From NCBI GenBank assembly GCA_965215195.1, contig CBDCDC010000001.1, positions 192,001 through 256,000 of the forward strand: a stretch of 64,000 nucleotides of DNA, written 5' to 3'. This document shows, piece after piece, positions 20,522 to 29,586 of this stretch. This stretch comes from Candidatus Latescibacterota bacterium. GTDB taxonomy: Bacteria; Latescibacterota; UBA2968; UBA8231. The translations under genes were made by a program, and so were the position numbers. Every line of letters begins with the position of its first letter. Within the stretch, counting starts at the first letter, position 1. Under the pieces are notes generated by a model that worked only from the letters and a program-made list of their open reading frames with translations, did not search any database and was not told the DNA's origin.

Positions 20522-22359
20522 AGCTGGCCCCCTTTAATCTGCTCCAGCGAGAACACCATGAGCGAACGCCCGAGCGGGAGGTATAAATGACCGCGGACGA
20601 GGTGGAGCCGTTTCCAATCGCGACCAAAAGAAGACGAAGGTTCTTGCCAATAATACACGCGCTCATGGGTGCGATAAGGAGTCAGCCGATACGCGGATAA
20701 CCCATCCTGTTGCGCGCTGTACACCCAGCCGTCGATTATTTTTATGGTAGTTCTAGCACTAAAAGACCAGTAGCCGATCTCGCGTGGCCTATTGGGATTG
20801 GTGATGTCAAAGGCTACCAAGTCTCCGGGCCAGTACCGTTGGACGTAGAGCGTGTCGCCCTCGCGAGTTATCGGGCGGCTCTTGTGCGCGTCGTACTCGC
20901 TGTTGTAGTCGCCCATTTCCACCCGCACAGTCTCTCGCAGCGCACCCAGATTCCGGGCATCCACCGCGAGGAAACCGGCTCTATACCCTACCCATATCCG
21001 CTCGTCGTGTATGTGCATGGACAGCTCGTGACCCCACCAGCTTCTGAAGTCGTCTTTGGGCAACTCCTCGACGACCAATTCGCCAGCCCGTCTAGGCATT
21101 CCTTGCGCATCTAAGGCAAACGACACGAATCCCAACTTGCCGCCCCAGCGCCCGCTGAGGATCAGCCCCGCGCCGCAGCGGTCCCAAGCCCAAGATGTAT
21201 TTATATCGTCGCCGATTATCCGATACCCTTTGAAGACCGGCTGGGCCGGATCGCCAACGCTGAACACGGCGATGCCGAGGCTGTCGGCCGGCAAGCCCTT
21301 GCGCTGGCCGAGGAGATAGGCCAGCGAATCCACGACCGCGACCCGGTGCATCGACCACAGCGGCACCTCCACAGCGGCTAGTAGCTCAGGCTTAGTAGGA
21401 TCGCGCAAATCCACGACCGCCAAACCCCCTTCAGCCGCCACGTATCCGCGATCTCCGACGACGGCCAAGTCGAGATAGGCTCCTTCCTCGGGCGTCAGCA
21501 CACGCAGCGGTCCCGGTTTCGGCGGCCGGGGCTCAGAGGTTATATCCGTCACAGTCATGAAAGCGATCACGATCAGGGCCAGCCAGCCGGAGACAACGGG
21601 CTTCCAGCCGAGACTGGCCCCGCGGAAGCGGCGCAAAAGCACGATGGAAACGGCCGCACAAGTGGCCATCACCGCCGCTGTCGCGCTGAGTCGCACGAAA
21701 TAGAGCCAAGGGTCGTTCACTGTGCGGACGATCTTATCCTTGTGGATTCCTAGATTCAAGGAGAAGGATGGCTCGAGCGCGGGGAAATAGTGCAGCATTT
21801 TGTCGGATGACATGAGCAAGACGATCAGCAGCAAAACGCCCAAGGCCGCTCCCTTGAGCGGGTGATCGGCCACCGTCGAGCAGGCGAAGATCACGCTGTA
21901 AGCGACCAATCCCGGCGCAAAGGAGATCAGCAACATGTTGACATAGCCTACCTCCTCAACGAGCCGATTTACAGAGGGGTACCAATTGCCGCTAAAGCCG
22001 TAGGCCAGCCCCTCTAAGTCCAGATACACCGTCACCCAAGCCCCAGCAGCCATCGCGCTCAAGGCTGCTGCGCCGACGACGTACTTGGGCAGCAACACTT
22101 CCGCTGCCGACAGGGGCTTGCCCAGCAAAAACGCCAAGGTGCCCCGGCTGCTTTCCTTGGCGACCAAATTCATGCCCAGCGCGACGCCGCAGACCACGAT
22201 AAAATTCGCAATCCAAGTACCGAAGTCTTGGGCAAATTCCGCGTTGAAATCCGCGTTCTGCCGCAGCAGCACCACCACCGCACACAGCCCCAACCCCACC
22301 AGCACCTTCGGCAGCTCCTCGCGGCTTTCCTTCCACAGCAATGCGCGCCAAACCCTCAC
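20518..22359 (-). CDS. ABC-2-type permease fused to LVIVD-like beta-propeller domain (paralog)
   Basis: ALLWKESRE, ESSRGTLAFLLGKPL; repeats VVDLRDP, VFSVGDP, AFDITNP; shared RKGLPxDSL. Confidence 0.8.
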   Translation of the reverse strand: MRVWRALLWKESREELPKVLVGLGLCAVVVLLRQNADFNAEFAQDFGTWIANFIVVCGVALGMNLVAKESSRGTLAFLLGKPLSAAEVLLPKYVVGAAALSAMAAGAWVTVYLDLEGLAYGFSGNWYPSVNRLVEEVGYVNMLLISFAPGLVAYSVIFACSTVADHPLKGAALGVLLLIVLLMSSDKMLHYFPALEPSFSLNLGIHKDKIVRTVNDPWLYFVRLSATAAVMATCAAVSIVLLRRFRGASLGWKPVVSGWLALIVIAFMTVTDITSEPRPPKPGPLRVLTPEEGAYLDLAVVGDRGYVAAEGGLAVVDLRDPTKPELLAAVEVPLWSMHRVAVVDSLAYLLGQRKGLPADSLGIAVFSVGDPAQPVFKGYRIIGDDINTSWAWDRCGAGLILSGRWGGKLGFVSFALDAQGMPRRAGELVVEELPKDDFRSWWGHELSMHIHDERIWVGYRAGFLAVDARNLGALRETVRVEMGDYNSEYDAHKSRPITREGDTLYVQRYWPGDLVAFDITNPNRPREIGYWSFSARTTIKIIDGWVYSAQQDGLSAYRLTPYRTHERVYYWQEPSSSFGRDWKRLHLVRGHLYLPLGRSLMVFSLEQIKGGQL

Positions 22360-23246
22360 GACGGAAGCCCCCCTGTCACGTATTCGACGAAACTCTCCTC
22401 TAAGCTCAGGTCGATCACCTCTACAACTCGTCCGCCCGCCGCCTCAATCTGCGCTTGGGCCTCGCCGCCGTAGTTGAAAATGGTCAACAGCTGCTGGCGG
22501 CCCTCGCCCTGTACGCCGCGCAGCCCAGCCACCCCGGCAAAATCCACCGCGCCCTCGGCCCGCACCAGCACCCGTTTAACCTGCTGCCGCACCGCGTCCA
22601 ACTCGCCGCAGACCAGCAGCTTGCCCTCGTCGATAATGGCGACTCGATCGGCCACCCGTTCGACTTCGTGGACCAAGTGCGACGAGAAAAACACCGTCCG
22701 GCCCTCCGCGCTGATGACTTGAATGATGCTTTCGAGCACGTCGCGGCGCACGATCACGTCCAGCCCCGAAGCCGGCTCGTCGAGGATCAACAGCTCCGGG
22801 TCGTGGCCCAGCACCAAAGCCAAATTGAGTTGGGCGTTCATGCCCCGCGACAGGTGCTTGACCTTCTGCTTGGGATCCAGCCCAAAGTGCTCGATCAGCG
22901 CGGCGACCTTGTGCTGGTCCCAGCGCGGATACAACTGCCCGGCAAACCACGCCACCTCCTCGACCTTCATCCAGTCGTAGAGCACCGGGTTGTCCGAGAT
23001 GTAGCCCACCCGCTCCTTGAGCTCCTTTTCGTGGACGTGCGGGTCGTGGCCCAGCACCTCCACCGTGCCGGCGGTGGGTTTGAGCATGTTCATCAGTATT
23101 TTGATGGTCGTGGTCTTGCCGGCCCCGTTGCGCCCTAAAAAGCCGAAGATGCTGCCCTCGGGCACCTCCAAGCTTAGTCCATCTACCGCTCGGTGGTTGC
23201 CAAAGGTTTTAACCAAGCCTGCGATGCGAATCGCCGCTGCTGCCAT
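22356..23246 (-). CDS. ABC transporter ATP-binding protein (YtrB-like)
   Basis: GRNGAGKT, LSRGM signature, LILDEP, SSH. Confidence 0.95.
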   Translation of the reverse strand: MAAAAIRIAGLVKTFGNHRAVDGLSLEVPEGSIFGFLGRNGAGKTTTIKILMNMLKPTAGTVEVLGHDPHVHEKELKERVGYISDNPVLYDWMKVEEVAWFAGQLYPRWDQHKVAALIEHFGLDPKQKVKHLSRGMNAQLNLALVLGHDPELLILDEPASGLDVIVRRDVLESIIQVISAEGRTVFFSSHLVHEVERVADRVAIIDEGKLLVCGELDAVRQQVKRVLVRAEGAVDFAGVAGLRGVQGEGRQQLLTIFNYGGEAQAQIEAAGGRVVEVIDLSLEESFVEYVTGGLPS

Positions 23247-23257
23247 AGTTGCTTCTC

Positions 23258-23677
23258 CTATTGGCTGCTGAATTTTTCTAGGGTTTCCTCAAACACGCGG
23301 CGCAAGCTCGCCGCGTCCAACCCGAGCTGGGTCCCTTCCACCAGTGCTTTTTCCATCAGCTTGCGGACGATGTGCAGCCGCTCTTCGGCACTCATAGAGA
23401 CCCCCTTTTCGGCGACGTACGTCCCCATGCCGCGCCTTTTGTAGATGACGCCCTCGCGCTCCAATTCGAGGTAGGCGCGGGCGACCGTGTTCGGGTTGAT
23501 TAGCTGGGAGCTAGCCAAGGTCCGCACCGAGGGCAGCTCGTCGTCGGCTTTGAGGGTGCCGGTGGCAATGTGGTACTTGATCTGCTCGATCAGTTGCAGG
23601 TAGATCGGCACCCCTGCGGCCGTGTCGAGGCGCAGATGCAGCGCGTCCCCTCCACGTGCGGTCTCGCGTTTAGCCAT
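23258..23677 (-). CDS. GntR-family regulator, YtrA subfamily
   Basis: PIYLQL, LPSVRTLA, INPNTVARAY, GMGTYV; short C-terminus. Confidence 0.93.
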   Translation of the reverse strand: MAKRETARGGDALHLRLDTAAGVPIYLQLIEQIKYHIATGTLKADDELPSVRTLASSQLINPNTVARAYLELEREGVIYKRRGMGTYVAEKGVSMSAEERLHIVRKLMEKALVEGTQLGLDAASLRRVFEETLEKFSSQ

Positions 23678-23693
23678 GAGCGTCTTCCCGGAT

Positions 23694-23752
23694 TGTACTA
23701 ATGATTCGCTGTGTTAAATCATTAATACAGTTAAAAGAAAAAGTCTTGTCAA
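23694..23752 (-). promoter_or_regulatory. Promoter with YtrA-type operator inverted repeat
   Basis: tgtactaatgatt (23694-23706)/aatcattaataca (23717-23729), 12/13 match; minus-strand TTGACA at 23747-23752. Confidence 0.7.
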
Positions 23753-23771
23753 GCACTTTTGCAAAAAATGC

Positions 23772-23809
23772 AAAAAAAAGCGGGCGAGGGAACCATGTCC
23801 CTCGCCCGC
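23772..23809 (-). terminator. Intrinsic terminator after the P-II genes
   Basis: 12-bp stem gcgggcgaggga/tccctcgcccgc followed by a T8 run on the minus strand. Confidence 0.85.
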
Positions 23810-23851
23810 ATCGGGGTTAATCGTTGTTTTTCTAATTGCCGCCCGCAGGAG

Positions 23852-24190
23852 CTAAATAGCCGCGTCGCCGGTCTCCCCGGTGCGGATCCGCACGACCTCA
23901 TCCACCGACAGCGCGAAAATTTTGCCATCGCCAATGTGGCCCGTCCGCGCCGCTTGGCTCACCGCGTCAAAGCACTGCTCGGCGAGGTCGTCCCGCACCA
24001 CCACCTCGACCTTGATTTTGGGAGTAAAATCGACGACGTATTCGGCTCCGCGATATATCTCCTTGTGGCCCTTCTGGCGGCCAAAACCCTTGACTTCGCT
24101 GACCGTTATGCCTTGGACGCCTAACCCACTTAACGCCTCTTTGATCGAGTCTAGGGCGTTGGGCCGCACTACGCACATTAGCAGTTTCAT
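23852..24190 (-). CDS. glnB: Nitrogen regulatory protein P-II (copy 2)
   Basis: 112 aa; GFGRQKG, T-loop YRGAEY, TGHIGDGKIF, RIRTGE. Confidence 0.95.
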   Translation of the reverse strand: MKLLMCVVRPNALDSIKEALSGLGVQGITVSEVKGFGRQKGHKEIYRGAEYVVDFTPKIKVEVVVRDDLAEQCFDAVSQAARTGHIGDGKIFALSVDEVVRIRTGETGDAAI

Positions 24191-24278
24191 ATCGCCATCT
24201 CCTCACGTGTTGGTGCCTAAGAAAAGTAGGTTGCCGCGCCGCGCCGATGGTGGTGGAGCCGGCGATTTTTGCTTTCAG

Positions 24279-24617
24279 CTAAATAGCCGAGTCTCCCATC
24301 TCCCCGGTGCGAATCCGCATGACTTCTTCCACCGGCATCATAAAAATTTTGCCATCGCCAATGTGGCCGGTCCGCGCCGCTTGGCACACTGCATTAACGC
24401 ACTGTTCGGCGAGGTCGTCCCGCACCACCACCTCGACCTTGATCTTGGGAGTAAAATCGACGACGTATTCGGCACCGCGATATATCTCCTTGTGGCCCTT
24501 CTGGCGGCCAAAACCCTTGACTTCGCTGACCGTTATGCCTTGGATGCCCAATCCGCTCAACGCCTCTTTGACCGCGTCTAGGGCGTTGGGCCGCACTACG
24601 CACATTAGCAGTTTCAT
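24279..24617 (-). CDS. glnB: Nitrogen regulatory protein P-II (copy 1)
   Basis: Same motifs; near-identical tandem paralog. Confidence 0.95.
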   Translation of the reverse strand: MKLLMCVVRPNALDAVKEALSGLGIQGITVSEVKGFGRQKGHKEIYRGAEYVVDFTPKIKVEVVVRDDLAEQCVNAVCQAARTGHIGDGKIFMMPVEEVMRIRTGEMGDSAI

Positions 24618-24731
24618 ATCGCCATCTCCTCGGGCTATGTTAGACCCTAAGCAAGGTAGGCCGCCGCACCCTCTGGCGCAATGGGCGCACTCGCTTTAGA
24701 CTTCTAACTTTGCTTTTTCGCTACCTTGTAT

Positions 24732-26702
24732 ATGACGCTTGTAAATGTAGTGCAGGCCGGGTGCCTGCTAGTGATCGTGGCCCTAGTGGGATGTGGGCGG
24801 GAAAGTCGAGCGGCCCAGCCAGCGGCCGAGGGCGACATCCCTCGCACAGCGTGGCCCGCAAGCTGGTTTCACCCGCCGCGCACGGCCTCAGAAGTCGGCT
24901 TGACAACCTTCCGCCAGTCGCCCATGCTCGACGAGCCCGTGGCGGCCGGCGAGTTGCCGCCGGTGGCGGCGCGGCTCCCCGACGACCCGATTGTCGTCGA
25001 GCCACTCAACGGGATCGGGACCTACGGGGGCACGGCTCGGCTCTTCCTCGCCGGCGAACAGCTTCTCAACGTGCCCGAAGGGACCCTGCGCCCGGGTCCG
25101 CAGCTCCAGCTAACCCTGCCCAACTTTGCCGCACGAGTCGAGTACCGCAACGACGCCCAGACCCTGACGGTCTTCCTGCGGCCCGGCCACAAGTGGTCCG
25201 ACGGGCACCCGGTGACGGCCGACGACTTTGTCTTTTGGTTCGACCGCGTCCACATGAACAAAAGCCTCACGCCCGTGGTGTCGCCGCGCTTTAAGGGGGC
25301 CCGCATCGAAAAGCACGGCCCCCACCTCTTTAGCTATCACTTTCCCCAGCCCATGCCGCTTTTCGTCAAGCACCTCGCCCACAACAGCTCGCACCTGTCG
25401 GCACCAGCGCACTTTATGCGCCGCTATCACCCCGACTTTACCGACGCGGATCAGCTAGCGCACCAAGCAGCCGAGCTCGGCCTGCAAGACTGGCGCACCT
25501 ACTTCCAAGCCGTTGCCAACACGCGCGACCTCATGGTCTTCCACAAGCCGGTGCAGACCGCCTATGTGGTGGTCAGCAAAACCTCGACGCGTGTCCGCTA
25601 CCGCCGCAACCCCTATTACCCCAAAGTAGATCCAGCCGGCAATCAACTGCCCTATATAGATTACCTCGAAGTCCAGCGGGTTGACAGCCCCGAGATCATG
25701 GCGGCCAAGGCCGCCACCGGGCAGGTCGATTTTGCCGGGCGGCAGTTTAAGACCGCCGACATCCCGCTGTTTAAGCGCTTTGAGCAGGACAATGGCTACG
25801 CCACGTACCTCTGGCCCCGTCCCTACGGCTCGGACGTGGCCCTGATGGTCAATATGACCCACCCCGACGAGCGGCTCCGACGAATTTTCCAAGACGTGCG
25901 CTTTCGCCGCGCCCTCTCGCTGGCCATCGATCGCGCAGAAATCAACGACATCGCTTACTACGGCCAAGGGATCCCGCGCCAGTTGACGGTCGTATCTTCG
26001 AGCCGCTACTTTGAGCCGGCCTTTGCTGCGGCGTGGGCCGAGCACGATCCGCAACGCGCCCGTGCCCTACTCGACGAGATGGGTCTGATAGACCGCAACG
26101 GCGACGGCCGGCGCGAGTATCCCGATGGCCGCTCGCTCGAAATTACGCTGGAGTACACGCTCGGGGAGACGCCCAAGCAAGTTACCGTTGACTTGGTGAC
26201 CGCCCACTGGCGCGAGGTGGGGCTGCACATCAACCGCAAGCAAATAAGCGGCGCACTGCAAGGCATCCGCACCCGAGGCGGGGTCATGGACATGAGCATC
26301 TGGCACGCCGATCGCAACGCCGACATCCTCTTTCCCATCGAGCCTTTTTGGTACGTGCCCATGCACGTGGGGCAGGAGGTGACCCAGTGGCCGGAGTGGT
26401 CGCGGTGGTATCAGTCGGACGGAGTGCGCGGCTGGATGCCGCCCGACAAGGTCCGGGATTTAATCGCCTATTGGGAGGTGCTGCGCCGCACATCAAACCT
26501 CCAAGAGCGCATCGCCATGGGCAAGAAAATTCTCCACAGCCAAGCCGAAAACCTGTGGGCACTCGGGGTCATCGGCCTAGGGCCACATCCCGTCATCGTT
26601 AGCAACCGGCTGCGCAATGTCCCGCGCCAAGGCTATTGGGGGTGGGACTCGCGCTGGTCTTGGCCCTACTATCCAGAGACTTGGTATCTCCAGCAAGACT
26701 GA
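24732..26702 (+). CDS. ABC transporter substrate-binding lipoprotein, family 5 (Opp/Dpp-like)
   Basis: Lipobox LVGC; GELPPVAARLP, KWSDGHPVTADD, RNPYYPKVD, FRRALSLAIDR. Confidence 0.92.
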   Translation: MTLVNVVQAGCLLVIVALVGCGRESRAAQPAAEGDIPRTAWPASWFHPPRTASEVGLTTFRQSPMLDEPVAAGELPPVAARLPDDPIVVEPLNGIGTYGGTARLFLAGEQLLNVPEGTLRPGPQLQLTLPNFAARVEYRNDAQTLTVFLRPGHKWSDGHPVTADDFVFWFDRVHMNKSLTPVVSPRFKGARIEKHGPHLFSYHFPQPMPLFVKHLAHNSSHLSAPAHFMRRYHPDFTDADQLAHQAAELGLQDWRTYFQAVANTRDLMVFHKPVQTAYVVVSKTSTRVRYRRNPYYPKVDPAGNQLPYIDYLEVQRVDSPEIMAAKAATGQVDFAGRQFKTADIPLFKRFEQDNGYATYLWPRPYGSDVALMVNMTHPDERLRRIFQDVRFRRALSLAIDRAEINDIAYYGQGIPRQLTVVSSSRYFEPAFAAAWAEHDPQRARALLDEMGLIDRNGDGRREYPDGRSLEITLEYTLGETPKQVTVDLVTAHWREVGLHINRKQISGALQGIRTRGGVMDMSIWHADRNADILFPIEPFWYVPMHVGQEVTQWPEWSRWYQSDGVRGWMPPDKVRDLIAYWEVLRRTSNLQERIAMGKKILHSQAENLWALGVIGLGPHPVIVSNRLRNVPRQGYWGWDSRWSWPYYPETWYLQQD

Positions 26703-26705
26703 GCC

Positions 26706-27689
26706 ATGATCAACTACATCATCCGCCGCGTCTTGATTATGATCCCCACGCTGCTGGCCGTCTCGGTGCTGGTCTTCGTGGTCATCCAGTTGCCGCCCGG
26801 GGACATCATCACGTCGCGCCTGCAAGAGCTACAGGCCGAGGGCCAAGACATATCCGAAGAACAGATCGCCGCCCTGCGCGCCCGCTACCACCTCGACGAC
26901 CCGATGTTCATCCAATACTGCAAGTGGATGGGCGGCTTCCTCCAAGGCGACATGGGCTATTCGGTGATGTACGGCCAGTCGGTCAACAACCTGATCTGGG
27001 AGCGGCTTGGCTACACCTTGCTGATTACCTCAACCGCAACCTTGTTGACTTGGCTGGTGGCCTTCCCGGTGGGCGTCTATTCGGCCCTGCGGCAGTACTC
27101 GGCGCTCGACTACGCAGCAACCCTCGCGGCCTTTGTCGGCCTAGCCACGCCCAACTTCCTGCTCGCGCTAGTTTTGATGTACTTGGGATACGAGTGGTTT
27201 GGGATCGCCGTGGGCGGGCTGTTTTCTCCCGAATACGCGAGTGCGCCGTGGAGCTTGGCCAAGTTCGCCGATTTGCTCGGGCATCTGTGGATCCCGGCCG
27301 TGGTCATTGGCACGGCCGGCATGGCCGGGCTGATGCGGATCATGCGGGCCAATCTCCTCGACGAGCTGGGCAAGCCCTACGTGACGACCGCGCTAGCCAA
27401 GGGGCTTGGCCCGGTCCGCTTGGTGATTAAGTACCCGTTGCGCATTGCCATCAATCCCTTTATCAGCACGGTCGGCTGGATGCTGCCGCACTTGATCTCC
27501 GGCTCGGCCATCACCAGCGTGGTGTTGAGCCTGCCCACGACCGGCCCCTTGCTGCTCGAATCCCTCCGCAACCAAGACATGTACTTGGCGGGCAGCTTCC
27601 TGCTCATGCTCAGCGTCCTGACGGTGATCGGCACCCTGCTGTCGGACATTCTCTTGGCCATTGCCGACCCGCGCATCCGCTATGAGTGA
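26706..27689 (+). CDS. ABC permease (DppB/OppB-like)
   Basis: YIIRR, GDMGYS, EAA-loop region YVTTALAKG, DPRIR. Confidence 0.93.
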   Translation: MINYIIRRVLIMIPTLLAVSVLVFVVIQLPPGDIITSRLQELQAEGQDISEEQIAALRARYHLDDPMFIQYCKWMGGFLQGDMGYSVMYGQSVNNLIWERLGYTLLITSTATLLTWLVAFPVGVYSALRQYSALDYAATLAAFVGLATPNFLLALVLMYLGYEWFGIAVGGLFSPEYASAPWSLAKFADLLGHLWIPAVVIGTAGMAGLMRIMRANLLDELGKPYVTTALAKGLGPVRLVIKYPLRIAINPFISTVGWMLPHLISGSAITSVVLSLPTTGPLLLESLRNQDMYLAGSFLLMLSVLTVIGTLLSDILLAIADPRIRYE

Positions 27690-28788
27690 AGCTCGCCCCG
27701 CAACCCAACTAGCCGACGCCTCCCAATGGCGGCTGATGTGGATGCGCTTCCGCCGCCATCGGCTGGCCCTAGCCGGCAGCGCGGTCCTGATCGCGCTCTA
27801 CGGGCTCGCGGCCCTGTGCGAATTTGTCTCGCCGTACCGGCCCGACCAGCGCCACGCGCAATACGTCCTCTGCCCGCCGCAGTCGATCCGCTTTTTCGAC
27901 GGCGAGGGGCGCTTTCACTGGCGGCCCTTTGTCCACGGGGTGCGGCAAGACACGGCCGCCGGCCCGTGGCAGCGCGAATATGTCGTCGATACCGAGGCCG
28001 TGTATCCGATTCGCTTTTTCATGCGCGGCCCGTCCTACGAATTTTGGGGGCTTTTCAACGCGGACTGGCACTTGTTCAGCGCCGGCAGCGGGCCGCTGTT
28101 CCTCTTTGGCACCGACGACTTGGGCCGCGATCTGTTCAGCCGAATTATACACGGGGCGCGCATTTCGCTCACCATTGGGCTAATCGGCGTGGCCCTGACC
28201 TTCCTCATCGGCATCCTGCTGGGGGGATTGGCTGGTTATTACAGCGGCTGGGTCGATGTGGTGGTGCAGCGGCTGATCGAGGTCCTGATGGCCGTGCCCC
28301 AGCTACCCCTGTGGATGGCGTTGAGCGCGGCCCTGCCGGCGCACTGGGCACCGCTGCGGATTTACTTTGGCGTCACCATCATCCTCTCGCTGATGGGCTG
28401 GACCGGGTTGGCGCGGGTGGTGCGCGGCCGCTTCCTGTCGCTGCGCGAAGAGGATTTCGTGGTCGCCGCTCGCCTGTCGGGCACCAACGAGTTGAAAATC
28501 ATCTTCAAACACCTGCTGCCGTCGTTCCTCAGCCATGTGATCACGTCGGCTACCCTAGCCGTGCCGGGCATGATCCTCGGAGAGACCGCCCTGAGCTTTT
28601 TGGGGATTGGGCTGCGCGCACCCGTGGTTAGCTGGGGGGTACTGCTGCAAAAGGCGCAGAACTTTCAGGCCGTAGCCATGGCGCCGTGGCTGTTGCTGCC
28701 CGGGCTTTTCGTGGTCATCGCGGTCTTAGCTTTCAACGTGGTGGGCGATGGGATGCGCGATGCGGCCGATCCTTATGCTAGCCATTAG
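27682..28788 (+). CDS. ABC permease (DppC/OppC-like)
   Basis: FGTDDLGRDLFSR, EEDFVVAAR, ETALSFLG, GDGMRDAADP. Confidence 0.93.
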   Translation: MSEARPATQLADASQWRLMWMRFRRHRLALAGSAVLIALYGLAALCEFVSPYRPDQRHAQYVLCPPQSIRFFDGEGRFHWRPFVHGVRQDTAAGPWQREYVVDTEAVYPIRFFMRGPSYEFWGLFNADWHLFSAGSGPLFLFGTDDLGRDLFSRIIHGARISLTIGLIGVALTFLIGILLGGLAGYYSGWVDVVVQRLIEVLMAVPQLPLWMALSAALPAHWAPLRIYFGVTIILSLMGWTGLARVVRGRFLSLREEDFVVAARLSGTNELKIIFKHLLPSFLSHVITSATLAVPGMILGETALSFLGIGLRAPVVSWGVLLQKAQNFQAVAMAPWLLLPGLFVVIAVLAFNVVGDGMRDAADPYASH

Positions 28789-28897
28789 TTGTCAGCAAAA
28801 GGCGCAGAAAAGCCTATGCAAAATTGGGCGTTGTACCTCGGCGACTGGCACAGAACGAGTCCTTGTAACCACTTTTTTGGGGGTGTACATTAGGTAT

Positions 28898-29101
28898 ATG
28901 TCCCATATCAACGTAAACATTGACGATCAGGCATGTGCAGAAGTGATGCGCCGCTATCGGCTAACGACCAAGAGGGAGGCGATCAACTTCGCGCTGCGTT
29001 CGCTCGCGGCCAAGCCCCTGTCCATTGACGAGGCTCGTCAGCTTCGCGGGTCGGGTTGGGAGGGCGATCTAGACACGTTGCGTTCTAGTCGCACGACGTG
29101 A
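28898..29101 (+). CDS. vapB: VapB-family antitoxin
   Basis: NVNIDD...TKREAINFAL...GWEGDL; overlaps the PIN gene (GTGA). Confidence 0.85.
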   Translation: MSHINVNIDDQACAEVMRRYRLTTKREAINFALRSLAAKPLSIDEARQLRGSGWEGDLDTLRSSRTT

Positions 29102-29484
29102 TTCTGATCGACACTTCGGCGTGGGTCGAGTTTCTGCGGGACACCGGGTCTGCGGTCTGCATTCGCGTCGACGTCCTATTGGAGCACGAGATTGCCATCT
29201 GCGATGCCGTGCGGATGGAGGTCTGCGCGGGTGCGCGGGACGAGTCTCATCTGCAAAGTCTGCGCCGGATGCTCGCACGGGCGGCCATCATTCCGACGCT
29301 GCCGACGGACTACGACGATGCCGCGGCCCTCTACCGCCGTTGTCGGCGGGAAGGGGAAACCGTGCGCAAACTAATTGACTGTCTCATCGCCTCCATCGCC
29401 ATACGCGCCGGCGTTCCCATCCTTCACAACGACTCCGACTTCAACGCGATCGTGCGCCACACGGAGCTGCGGACCGACTTGTGA
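29098..29484 (+). CDS. vapC: VapC PIN-domain toxin
   Basis: ILIDTSAW, E, IDCLIA, HNDSDF. Confidence 0.92.
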   Translation: MILIDTSAWVEFLRDTGSAVCIRVDVLLEHEIAICDAVRMEVCAGARDESHLQSLRRMLARAAIIPTLPTDYDDAAALYRRCRREGETVRKLIDCLIASIAIRAGVPILHNDSDFNAIVRHTELRTDL

Positions 29485-29498
29485 TGCAGGTTGCGGAG

Positions 29499-29536
29499 CA
29501 CTCGACGCTACCGACGCAAGCTGGACGAGCGCGAGA
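29499..29536 (+). repeat. Internally deleted relic of the ABC ATPase 5' region at the island's left border
   Basis: cgctaccgacgcaagctggacgagcgcgaga (29506-29536) matches 43216-43246 and 42094-42124 at 29/31; preceded by cactcgacg. Confidence 0.8.
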
Positions 29537-29586
29537 CGCTCTCCACCTTGATAGTCGGCCGAAGCCGAATGCTGTACGCGATTACA

